Of a stretch of DNA of 64,000 nucleotides, positions 1-26,414 are shown one piece after another (within the stretch, counting starts at the first letter, position 1; each line of letters begins with the position of its first letter). Below the pieces are notes generated by a model. The model was not told where the DNA came from. It ran no database searches and was given only the letters and a program-made list of their open reading frames with translations. Source of the DNA: an uncultured Verrucomicrobiae bacterium (lineage in GTDB: Bacteria > Chlamydiota > Chlamydiia > Chlamydiales > Rhabdochlamydiaceae); assembly GCA_963818965.1 (NCBI GenBank), contig CAWFUG010000009.1, forward strand, positions 32,001 to 96,000, read 5' to 3'. The position numbers were made by a program, and so were the translations under genes.

Positions 1-4679
<4,679 letters not shown>

Positions 4680-4689
4680 GAACCAATGA

Positions 4690-4805
4690 CCAACTTTTGA
4701 GTCACGTCGGGTATACCAGTCCTCGAAAATAACGTGCATTTGAGAGCGTGAAAGCGCCGGGATTCGACGCAGCTCAAATGCAAGTTATTTTCGGGGATTG
4801 GTATT
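4690..4805. repeat. Stack of TA-flanked palindromic (REP/MITE-like) elements
   Basis: ccaacttttgagtcacgtcgggtata is followed by the hairpin tataccagtcctcgaaaataac...gttattttcggggattggtat. Modules are shared with 14272, 52431, 56355 and 60330. Confidence 0.75.
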
Positions 4806-4838
4806 AAGATATAGACAGACTCTTAGTTAAAAAAAAGA

Positions 4839-4920
4839 TTGCATTCAATTTTTGTCTTAACTTATCCTTTCACTAAAAATGTTGAGCCACGTTCCAGTGG
4901 TTTTTTGGGCAGGTCTTATG
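4839..4920 (+). promoter_or_regulatory. Conserved collagen-cassette leader/putative promoter, copy 1
   Basis: Aligns without gaps to 11823-11904 and 19099-19180 over 79 bp up to an ATG; TTGCAT-N18-TATCCT. Confidence 0.65.
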
Positions 4921-4935
4921 AGCTTCAAGCGATTC

Positions 4936-5085
4936 ATACCCGACGTGACTCAAAAGCTGGGTATATATACCGAACGTGACTCAAGAATCGGGATTGGGCC
5001 ATGTCGAACCCCGGAGCTTTCGCGCCGGCCAAATTCCAAGTTTGAGGCCGACTGTGGTATAAGATTGAGGTCGAAGGGGTATATA
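4936..5085. repeat. Stack of TA-flanked palindromic elements between the leader ATG and the glycosyltransferase
   Basis: atacccgacgtgactcaaaagctgggtata + tataccgaacgtgactcaagaatcgggatt... + gattgaggtcgaaggggtata, matching elements at 11710 and 44671. Confidence 0.75.
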
Positions 5086-5112
5086 ACAATTTTCATTGGG
5101 GGAGTTATTAAA

Positions 5113-6048
5113 ATGAATCGAGTTATTGGAATTTTAGTCTTTTGGATGATAGCCCTAGGGGGAGGGATGTCCTTCCGTTTACAGGCGAATGAATGTGTGA
5201 AGGAAGAGCCCATCGCTAAGAAGTACCAGTTATCCGTGTGTGCGCTCTTTAAAAACGAAGCGCCGTATCTCAAGGAATGGATCGAATACCACAGGCTGGT
5301 CGGTGTCGATCACTTCTATTTGTACAATAATGAAAGCCGAGACCAGTTTTTGCAGGTATTATTTCCCTATATCCGAGAAGGAATCGTGACACTTGTGCAT
5401 TGGCCCGATCGGATGCCCAATGTTGAAGGAGAGCAATCTTCTCACTGGGCATTGAGCACTCAGGTGCCCGCCTATGAACATGCGCTTAAAGTGAGAGCTG
5501 AAAAAGAGACGAAGTGGGTGGCTTTTCTCGACATCGATGAGTTTTTGGTTCCTGTAAATGCGAATAAGGTCTCCGATTTCTTGGAATATTACGCAGCATA
5601 CCCGGGTGTAGAATTGCAAAGTGATCATTTCGATGCCTCTGAAGTCGGCGTATTTCCAACGAAAAACCTACTCATCTCCGTAGCAGAGCTCACAGCCGAA
5701 ACGCCGCGAAATGTCCGCACGAGCATCAACAAGACAATCTTCAAGCCCGATGAACAAGTCTCATTTACGTGGCCTCCCTATCGATGCAATTTTAAGGACG
5801 GTAGGTCTGCCGCAATACCTAGTAAAAAAGAGCTGCGCATCAACAAATATGAGAATCGCCGTAAGGGGGCATTGCACTTTGGGAAAATACAAGAAAAATT
5901 GCGGATCGACAACCGCTATCTCACTGAAAAAGAGACGAAAGACCTTCTCGATCGAGGATTTAAAATTGAAGACCAGGAAAAGGTAATCTGTCGCTTTGAG
6001 AAACCCCTGCGCAAACAGCTCGGATTGGATACCGGCTGGGAGTGGTAA
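5113..6048 (+). CDS. GT-A glycosyltransferase (GT92/DUF23 or GT2_4-like) with N-terminal signal/anchor
   Basis: LSVCALFKNEAPYLKEWIEYH..VGVDHFYLYNN and FLDIDEF (DxD) motifs; GGGGGAG RBS before ATG 5113; hydrophobic N-terminus. Confidence 0.85.
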   Translation: MNRVIGILVFWMIALGGGMSFRLQANECVKEEPIAKKYQLSVCALFKNEAPYLKEWIEYHRLVGVDHFYLYNNESRDQFLQVLFPYIREGIVTLVHWPDRMPNVEGEQSSHWALSTQVPAYEHALKVRAEKETKWVAFLDIDEFLVPVNANKVSDFLEYYAAYPGVELQSDHFDASEVGVFPTKNLLISVAELTAETPRNVRTSINKTIFKPDEQVSFTWPPYRCNFKDGRSAAIPSKKELRINKYENRRKGALHFGKIQEKLRIDNRYLTEKETKDLLDRGFKIEDQEKVICRFEKPLRKQLGLDTGWEW

Positions 6049-6088
6049 ACTTTTAAAAACCAAACGAACTTTTTTGTGGAGGAAAAGA

Positions 6089-7645
6089 ATGAGAGGATTC
6101 ATTTTAGCACTGGTATTTTTTCCTTTGCTTGTTTTTGGAATCGGGTTTCAGCCGCCAGATACTCTTTCTACAGCGGGTCAAAATGCCTCTAGCGTGCAAG
6201 TAGGTGTCGATCCCAATGGGAATATCGTTGCAGTATGGGTTGAAAATGCGATTGTCAAGTCAAATAACGGAACGATTTCAGGCGGTTGGGGAGGGACGAT
6301 CAATACACTCTCAGGCTCTAGTGCATCGAACCCCGAAGTCCAAATCGATCTCAATGGATTGGCAACGGCGATTTGGATAGAGAATGGAGTCATCGAATCG
6401 GCATCGCAACCTTTGAATGGGAGTTGGTCTGCTGAAGGGGCAATTTCAGGTTCGAGTGCCTCCTCGCCACAGCTCGCTATCGATTCCAACGGAAATTTAG
6501 TCGCTGTGTGGTTAGAAGCAAATGTAGTCAAATCGGCGACAAAGCTCATTGGGGGATCGTGGTCGGCGACGCCTGATGTGCTCTCTTTAAGTGGTGCGAG
6601 CGTGCCACAGGTCGCAATCGGCACCAATGGGACAGTCGTCGCTGTCTGGCAAGAGACAGTGAGCGGCACCCCGGCAATCTACGCTACCTTTAAGTCACTC
6701 AGCGGCACTTGGGGGACAGCTTCTCAGATTTCGACAGCGAGCGTCGCCAGCGCTTATCCACAAATTACAGTGGATTCAAATGGCAATGCAACGGCGATTT
6801 GGTTTTCCTACTCTTTGAGTGGATCTACTTACTCCAACGTCATCGTCGAAGCTGCCAGCCTCCCTTCTGGAGGCGCGTGGGGATCTCCCATCGCTCTCTC
6901 GTCAGCAGGTGTTAAAGACCCATCGACCCTGACCTCTTGTGTCATCGCTACACCACTCGGTGACGTCCTGGCTGCTTGGGCAAATAGCTACGACCAAATG
7001 AATTTCGTCATCGAATCGAGTGTTTTAACTGAAGGAACGTGGACAAAAGTTCCATCGATCACGGGCTATAATCTGCTCTCTTATGCCCTAGCTTTAGGGG
7101 TAGATAGTAATGGAGAGGTAGGGATGAGCTACATGTATTACGACATACCTAGCGCCTCTCTGATCATTCTAGCGGCCTTAAATCCGACAAGAGCTGTCAT
7201 GCCTGTGTTTTACAATCCCGTTACTCTCTCGACCAGTGGGAATAATGGATTCCCTGTTTGCGGAACACAAACCTCTTCATCGGATGACATTTTTATACTA
7301 ATCGGCTGGATCAACTCCAACGGCTCTATCAATTCGATACAGGCGACACGGGGACAGTTTGTGATGATCCAACCGGCAAGTAGCCTAAACGTCGTGCGGC
7401 AAGTTCAAAATTTTGGGGTTTTAACGGAGCAAGAGAACCTCTTTACTTGGACGGCGAGCCCCTCGGCAAATATTATATCCTATAGCATCTTTCGCAACGG
7501 GCAAATTATCACAGCAATACCAGCATCTAGCCTACAGTACACGGATACCAATCGCCCTTTGCATGAGACGGTGACCTATGGGGTTGCAGCCACCGATATT
7601 ACGGGATGTCAAAGTCCTACAGTGTCGTTTGTGTTTTCCAATTAA
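6089..7645 (+). CDS. Secreted beta-repeat (propeller-like) protein with C-terminal FN3-like domain, paralog 1
   Basis: Signal peptide; ~45-aa repeats PQ(L/V)AxDxxGNxxAVW...GGSW...LS; C-terminal WTAS..Y.IFRNG..YTD..YGVAA.D; GGAGG RBS. Confidence 0.75.
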   Translation: MRGFILALVFFPLLVFGIGFQPPDTLSTAGQNASSVQVGVDPNGNIVAVWVENAIVKSNNGTISGGWGGTINTLSGSSASNPEVQIDLNGLATAIWIENGVIESASQPLNGSWSAEGAISGSSASSPQLAIDSNGNLVAVWLEANVVKSATKLIGGSWSATPDVLSLSGASVPQVAIGTNGTVVAVWQETVSGTPAIYATFKSLSGTWGTASQISTASVASAYPQITVDSNGNATAIWFSYSLSGSTYSNVIVEAASLPSGGAWGSPIALSSAGVKDPSTLTSCVIATPLGDVLAAWANSYDQMNFVIESSVLTEGTWTKVPSITGYNLLSYALALGVDSNGEVGMSYMYYDIPSASLIILAALNPTRAVMPVFYNPVTLSTSGNNGFPVCGTQTSSSDDIFILIGWINSNGSINSIQATRGQFVMIQPASSLNVVRQVQNFGVLTEQENLFTWTASPSANIISYSIFRNGQIITAIPASSLQYTDTNRPLHETVTYGVAATDITGCQSPTVSFVFSN

Positions 7646-7672
7646 TACACCAAACTTAAGGAGGGTGTTATT

Positions 7673-8086
7673 ATGATGAAGAAATCGTTGTTCTTATTGT
7701 CGGCTTTGCTCTTTTCCGGAAGCGCTTTTTGCTCTGGGCCTACCTATTCACAGGTAGTCACAGCAGGCGATTTTGCCTATGTGTCTGCTCAATTGCCCAT
7801 TGACCCAACGACGGGAAAGATCGTGCAGGGAGACATCACTACTTTGACGAATTTAGTCATCGACCATATCCAACACGAATTACACGTCAAAGGATTTACG
7901 TTGAAACAGGTCATCAAAACAGAAGTGTCGCTCTATGACATTAGAGATTATGACCAAATGGATGCAGCGTATGGGCTGAGATTTAATTTCACCTATCCTC
8001 CTGCGCGTGACGTGATACAAGCGGCTAATCTCCCTTCCAATGCTTCGATTCAAATCTCTTGCATCGCTTATAGACTAAGAGCTTAA
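7673..8086 (+). CDS. RidA/YjgF/UK114 family protein with signal peptide
   Basis: YSQVV..GDFAYVSAQLPIDP.TG...VIKTEV...PPAR...LP motifs, preceded by MKKSLFLLSALLFSGSAFC. Confidence 0.85.
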   Translation: MMKKSLFLLSALLFSGSAFCSGPTYSQVVTAGDFAYVSAQLPIDPTTGKIVQGDITTLTNLVIDHIQHELHVKGFTLKQVIKTEVSLYDIRDYDQMDAAYGLRFNFTYPPARDVIQAANLPSNASIQISCIAYRLRA

Positions 8087-8116
8087 AAAAAAGACCTCCC
8101 CCTTTTGGGGGAGGTC
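8085..8116. terminator. Intrinsic terminator hairpin between convergent genes
   Basis: A-run + gacctccccc-tttt-gggggaggtc. Confidence 0.85.
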
Positions 8117-8140
8117 CTCTTTCTGATGCCTTAATATTTT

Positions 8141-9721
8141 TTAAGGGAAAGAAACGGAAACGGGAAGGCTCGCTGTTCCCGAGTTGTCGATCGATCTCAC
8201 ATCATAGGTAACGGAACCTCCTACCACCTGATTATGATCGGTATAAGAGAGATTTGTGTAATAGATCTCCGTCAATAGGACTCCATCTCTGATGATGGCG
8301 TAATCCAATATGTTAGGATCTGTGCTCGCATCCCACGACAGGACGTTGTAATACTCTTGGAAGACGCCAAAATCGTTGACATCTTGAACCACTGTCAGAT
8401 TCGAAGGAGGTGCGATGAGAGTCCCCGATCCTGTGGATGTTTGAATCACCGTATTCGATCCGTCGAAATTCACCCAGACGGCATTGCCATAGGTGTTACT
8501 TCCTACAATCATCGCTGCATTTTGAGGATACCCGTTATTAGTCCCTGAATTTGAAATGATCACGTCTGCTGTCCAGAAATCGGTATTGATGTCACCGACG
8601 TGCGATTCTAATGTGTTGATTGCGACGTCGCCCGTTGAAGGATCAGTTGCCATATAGATCCCAAACACATCTCCACCCGTTGTAATCGCGATATCTCCCG
8701 CGTAAGCATAGAGATCTTCTGTGATCAAGAGCGGTTGCCCCCACGTGATGAGATTCGGGCTTTGAGCGGAGAAGAGATCGAAATAAGGCTCGTCGATTGA
8801 GTTAGCTGAATCTGTCCATAACGCGATCGCATTGCCATTGTTCGCAAAGAGCAGTTTAGAAAAAAGCAGAGAGGCATCTCGCGTCGACGTATTGGAAATA
8901 GTGATCGGAGAGGACCACGCGCCTCCTATAAGCAGAGCGGAAGAGTCCAGTGTAATAGAGATGTCACCGAGTGGTGAAGTGATCGTACCAAACCAAATCA
9001 CCAGTGCATCCCCATCTGCATCGGCAGCGACTTGAGGATAAGTGCTATCGACAGCTGGATCGGAAAGCATTGCGGGAGACAGGCCCCACGAACCGGCAAT
9101 TGGCTTTGTATTTGCTTGGACGTTGTTAAGAGAGGTCATTCCATCGAGCTGGTGCCACGCAGCAATCACTAAGCCCGTACTCCCTATAGCGACCTGAGGA
9201 GAACTTGCATTGGATCCAGATAAAATATCCACCGCAGACCAACTTCCTCCAAAGGGCAGAGTAGCTGATTGAACGACTCCGCTCGCTAACCAGACAGCGA
9301 CGACATTTCCAGTCGTATCCACTGCGAGTTGAGGCATGCTCGACCCGGAAGCGGATAGGGTCGTCGAACCGCTCCAAGAGCCTCCAGAAGGCTGGCTCGC
9401 GGCTTCAATGGCTCCTCCTTGGTTCCAAATCGCCGTTGCATTTCCTGCGGCATCGACGACGAGTTGAGGCGTGGTAGCTCCCGAACTAGAGAGCGCTGAA
9501 GCAGTACCCCAACTTCCTCCGAAAGGTAAATTACTCGATTTGACGACACCGTCTTCCAACCAAACAGAGACAGCGTTTGCACTGCTATCCATTCCGATGC
9601 TGGGATTAATAGAATTCACTCCCGTCGTGGAGATCGTCGTGGGACTAGACCAAGTGTCGATCTGATTTCCCGTTAAATGCAGACAAAAACAAAGTGATAA
9701 TGCGCACACTATTTTTTTCAT
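8141..9721 (-). CDS. Secreted beta-repeat/FN3-like protein, paralog 2
   Basis: MKKIVCALSLCFCL signal; same repeats and C-terminal FN3-like pattern as 6089-7645. Confidence 0.75.
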   Translation of the reverse strand: MKKIVCALSLCFCLHLTGNQIDTWSSPTTISTTGVNSINPSIGMDSSANAVSVWLEDGVVKSSNLPFGGSWGTASALSSSGATTPQLVVDAAGNATAIWNQGGAIEAASQPSGGSWSGSTTLSASGSSMPQLAVDTTGNVVAVWLASGVVQSATLPFGGSWSAVDILSGSNASSPQVAIGSTGLVIAAWHQLDGMTSLNNVQANTKPIAGSWGLSPAMLSDPAVDSTYPQVAADADGDALVIWFGTITSPLGDISITLDSSALLIGGAWSSPITISNTSTRDASLLFSKLLFANNGNAIALWTDSANSIDEPYFDLFSAQSPNLITWGQPLLITEDLYAYAGDIAITTGGDVFGIYMATDPSTGDVAINTLESHVGDINTDFWTADVIISNSGTNNGYPQNAAMIVGSNTYGNAVWVNFDGSNTVIQTSTGSGTLIAPPSNLTVVQDVNDFGVFQEYYNVLSWDASTDPNILDYAIIRDGVLLTEIYYTNLSYTDHNQVVGGSVTYDVRSIDNSGTASLPVSVSFP

Positions 9722-9872
9722 ACGGATACCGCTATTGAAAGCCCTTCTCCAAATGCGAAAGGGCTTTTGTGTTTAAAAAACTCCCCCAAAAAAAGCTCTG
9801 AAGGAGCGACCATCAGACCAGAAAAAATATTTTTATTCAAATAAATTTTTTTAATAGAGTGCGGTACGCAAT

Positions 9873-9902
9873 AAAAAAAGACCTCCCCTTTTGGGGGAGG
9901 TC
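9873..9902 (-). terminator. Intrinsic terminator (duplicate of 8085-8116)
   Basis: aaaaaaagacctcccc-tttt-gggggaggtc downstream of the 9927-11501 gene. Confidence 0.85.
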
Positions 9903-9926
9903 CTCTTTCTGATGCCTTAATATTTT

Positions 9927-11501
9927 TTAAGGGAAAGAAACGGAAACGGGAAGGCTCGCTGTTCCCGAGTTATCGATCGATCTCACATCATAGGTGACGG
10001 AACCACCTTCGACTTGATTATGGTCGGTATAAGAGAGATTTGTGTAATAGATCTCCGTCAATAGGATTCCATCTCTGATGATGGCGTAATCCAATATGTT
10101 AGGATCTGTGCTCGCATCCCACGACAGGACGTTGTAATACTCTTGGAAGACGCCAAAGTCATTGACATCTTGAACCACTGTCAGATTCGAAGGAGGTGCG
10201 ATGAGAGCCCCCGATCCTGTGGATGCTTGAATTATCGTATTCGATCCGTCGTAATTCATCCAGACGGCATTGCCATAGGTGTTGGTCCCTACAATCACCG
10301 CTGCATTTTGAGGATACCCATTATTAGTCCCTGAATTTGAAATGATGACATCTTGTGTCCAGAAATCGGTATTGATGTCACCGACGTGAGATTCTACTGT
10401 GTTGATCGCAACATCGCCCGTCGAAAGATCGGTCGCCATATAGATCCCAAACACATCTCCACCCGTTGTAATCGCGATATCTCCCGTATAAGCATGGAGA
10501 TCTTCCGCGATCAAGAGCGGTTGCCCCCACGTGATGAGATTCGGGCTTTGAGCGGAGAAGAGATCGAAATAAGGCTCGCCAACTGAGGTATCTGAATCTG
10601 TCCATAACGCGATTGCATTGCCATTGTTTGCAAAGCGCAGTTTAGAAAAAAGCAGAGAGGGATCCCGCGTCGACGTGTTGGAAACAGTGACAGGAGAGGA
10701 CCAAGCGCCTCCTATAGGCAGAGCGGAAGAGTCCAGTGTAACAGAGATGTCACCGAGTGGCGAAGTGACCTTACCGAACCAAGTCACCAGTGCATTTCCT
10801 AGCACACAAACAGCAGCTTGGGGATAAGTGCTATCGACAGCTGTATTGGAAACAGTCGCAACGGAAGACCAAGAGCCTCCAATTGTACTCGTCACCCCTT
10901 GAACGTTATTGAGAGAAGTGCTGCCATTGAGCTGGTGCCAAACGGCAAGTACTACCCCGCCGCCGATGGCAACCTGAGGAGCATTTGCATTAGATCCAGA
11001 TAGGGAAGTAACCGAAGACCAACTCCCTCCAAAGGGTAGCGTAGCTGTTTGGACGACTCCGCTCGCTAACCAGACAGCGACGACATTTCCACTCGTATCG
11101 ACTGCGAGCTGAGGAATGCTCGATCCCGAAGCAGCTAGAGTCGTTGCACTACCCCAAGAGCCTCCGAAAGGCTGGCTGGCGGTTTCAATCGCCCCTGCTT
11201 GGTTCCAAATCGCCGTCGCATTTCCTGCGGCATCGACGACGAGTTGAGGCGTGGTAGCTCCTGAACTAGAGAGCGCTGAAGCAGTACCCCAACTTCCTCC
11301 GAAAGGTAGATTACTCGATTTAACGATACCGTTTTCCAGCCAAACAGAGACAGCGTTTGCACTGCTATCCATTCCGATGGTAGGATTAGTAGAATTGACC
11401 CCCGTCGTAGAGATCGTCGTGGGACTAGACCAAGTATCGATCTGGTTCCCTGTCAAATGTAGACAAAGACAAAGTGATAATGCGCACACTATTTTTTTCA
11501 T
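9927..11501 (-). CDS. Secreted beta-repeat/FN3-like protein, paralog 3
   Basis: Close duplicate of 8141-9721; the differences concentrate in the central repeats. Confidence 0.75.
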   Translation of the reverse strand: MKKIVCALSLCLCLHLTGNQIDTWSSPTTISTTGVNSTNPTIGMDSSANAVSVWLENGIVKSSNLPFGGSWGTASALSSSGATTPQLVVDAAGNATAIWNQAGAIETASQPFGGSWGSATTLAASGSSIPQLAVDTSGNVVAVWLASGVVQTATLPFGGSWSSVTSLSGSNANAPQVAIGGGVVLAVWHQLNGSTSLNNVQGVTSTIGGSWSSVATVSNTAVDSTYPQAAVCVLGNALVTWFGKVTSPLGDISVTLDSSALPIGGAWSSPVTVSNTSTRDPSLLFSKLRFANNGNAIALWTDSDTSVGEPYFDLFSAQSPNLITWGQPLLIAEDLHAYTGDIAITTGGDVFGIYMATDLSTGDVAINTVESHVGDINTDFWTQDVIISNSGTNNGYPQNAAVIVGTNTYGNAVWMNYDGSNTIIQASTGSGALIAPPSNLTVVQDVNDFGVFQEYYNVLSWDASTDPNILDYAIIRDGILLTEIYYTNLSYTDHNQVEGGSVTYDVRSIDNSGTASLPVSVSFP

Positions 11502-11654
11502 ACTGACACCACTATTGAAAGCCCTTATCCAAATGCGAAAGGGCTTTTGGATTTAAGAAAAAATACCTTCAGAGAAGGCTCTAAAGGAGCTACCATCAGA
11601 GCAAAAAAATGTTTTTATTCAAAGAAATATTTTTTTAAGGGTGTGCTAGGAACC

Positions 11655-11768
11655 TATACCGCTTCCACCTCAATCGCACCCAAGAAAAAGTTTCGGTCTT
11701 TTTGTCGGTTATACCGAACGTGACTCAAGAATCGGGATTCGGCCGATTCTTGAGTCACGTTCGGTATA
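11655..11768. repeat. Stack of TA-flanked palindromic elements
   Basis: tataccgcttccacctcaatcg... plus the near-perfect palindrome tataccgaacgtgactcaagaatcgg...ccgattcttgagtcacgttcggtata (11710-11768). Confidence 0.8.
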
Positions 11769-11822
11769 CTTGAGTACGGGAAAAATTTTTTTACTGAGGC
11801 GGATTCTTGATCGAAATAACGA

Positions 11823-14094
<2,272 letters not shown>

Positions 14095-14179
14095 AATAGA
14101 TCGTGCCAAAAGTGTAGACGTGTGGTTTAAAAGAGGTGGAAAATAGGAAACTAAGGTGAAAAGAAGAGGCGATGGCTAT

Positions 14180-18623
<4,444 letters not shown>

Positions 18624-18648
18624 CATTTTTTATTGAGAGGAGGCTGTG

Positions 18649-18843
18649 ATGAGCCGTTTTTTGTTCCGGTCTATTTTGGTACTGGTGTTTTTTCCTTTGC
18701 TTGCTTTCGCAGTTGGGTTTCAGCCGCCAGATACCCTTTCTACAGCGGGTCAAAATGCCTCTAGCGTGCAAGTAGGTGTCGATCCCAATGGCAATCTCGT
18801 TGCTGTGTGGATTGAAAATGCGATCGTCAAGTCAAATAATTGA
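18649..18843 (+). pseudogene. 5' fragment of a beta-repeat/FN3-like gene (near-identical to the start of 6089-7645)
   Basis: GFQPPDTLSTAGQNASSVQVGVDPNGN..AVW.ENAIVKSNN, then a stop and loss of homology; the GGAGG RBS is retained. Confidence 0.85.
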
Positions 18844-18879
18844 AGAAATACAACCCCCCTTTCTGGCAACTCAATCGCG

Positions 18880-19077
18880 GGAGCTTTCGCGCGGTCCTAC
18901 GGCCAACTTTTGAGCTCACTTCGGTATATACCCCTTCCACCTCAATCGTACCCAACTTTTGAGTCCACTTGGGGATACTGCGGTCGGTCAGGGTATAAGC
19001 GCGCGGGGTTCCCAGCTGTCGATCGATCCAAGAACCTATCCCGAAAATCGACCCAAATTTTTTATCGGGATAGCTTC
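18880..19077. repeat. Composite stack of palindromic-element fragments
   Basis: Contains pieces of the elements seen at 4690, 44671, 52431, 14272 and 43284. Confidence 0.75.
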
Positions 19078-19098
19078 AAGACTCTTAATTTGAAAAAA

Positions 19099-21367
<2,269 letters not shown>

Positions 21368-21374
21368 AAAATGA

Positions 21375-25755
<4,381 letters not shown>

Positions 25756-25763
25756 GAGACGTC

Positions 25764-26414
25764 TTACTCGTTTAGCGCAGATCTATATTTTGAGAACTTT
25801 TCATTCGGTTTTCTTGGGTACGATTGAGGTGGAAGCGGTATATTAAGAGGATCTTTTTGATAGATCCAGACGCGGTCGTGGCCGAGCAGGATTTCTTTGC
25901 CGAAGAGCTCATCGACGGCGCGCTTTACCCCCGAGAACATCGGAATCTCATCGGTGTAGTCGTGTCCTGATAAGATACCGCCAGGGCGGACCTTAGGGAG
26001 CCACGCGAGGATATTATCCCTGACTTGAGTGTATTCGTGATTGGCATCGATGAAGACGAGATCGAAGTCATCGGGAGTCTCTTGTACCGCAGCGACTGCC
26101 GTCATGCGTAAGATGGTCGTTTTAGGATCCTCTGCAAAATAGGAAGAGACCGCGTCAAATGCTTTTTTGTAATGCTTTTCTTTTCTGGAGATCGGCGTTG
26201 CGCTATAGAAGTAATCCCTGCTCAGTTGCCAGGGATCGATTAAGAACAGCTCCGCATTGGGAAAGAGATGGCGCAAGAGTTGCGCCGTTTCTCCCTTATT
26301 GACTCCGATCTCAGCGATCCGTTTGACCTCGACATCGAGCGCCCAAGTGATGAATCCTAAGAAGGGAGCGCGGTGGTTGATCAGACTGAGTTTAAATGCT
26401 TCTTCCCAATGCAC
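25764..26414 (-). CDS. Class I SAM-dependent methyltransferase (Methyltransf_24-like)
   Basis: IAEIGVNKGET, FDLVFIDANHEY and VRPGGILSGHDY motifs. Confidence 0.85.
   Translation of the reverse strand: MHWEEAFKLSLINHRAPFLGFITWALDVEVKRIAEIGVNKGETAQLLRHLFPNAELFLIDPWQLSRDYFYSATPISRKEKHYKKAFDAVSSYFAEDPKTTILRMTAVAAVQETPDDFDLVFIDANHEYTQVRDNILAWLPKVRPGGILSGHDYTDEIPMFSGVKRAVDELFGKEILLGHDRVWIYQKDPLNIPLPPQSYPRKPNEKFSKYRSALNE
25784..25842. repeat. Half of the 170-bp palindromic element, inside the methyltransferase 3' end
   Basis: tttgagaacttttcattcggttttcttgggtacgattgaggtggaag matches the right arm of the 52099-52268 element. Confidence 0.85.

Larger units (their letters stand above)
8085..11637 (-). 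repeat. Tandem duplication of a ~1.79-kb unit (upstream region, gene and terminator)
   Basis: 8085-9855 and 9873-11637 are near-identical, including the terminator and the upstream aaagccctt...aagggcttt hairpin. Confidence 0.92.

Noticed and set aside
4690..5085. Possible CRISPR array from clustered short repeats
   Set aside because: There is no constant direct repeat with regular unique spacers and no cas gene. These are palindromic element stacks.
18649..18843. Possible DGR template/variable repeat pair with 6143-6268
   Set aside because: Mismatches are not adenine-specific, the match is at the 5' end of the gene, and no reverse transcriptase is present.
18864..18878. Sigma54-like TGGCAA-N5-TCGC upstream of collagen cassette 2
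   Set aside because: It is a weak match, separated from the leader by repeat stacks, and was not seen before the other two leader copies.
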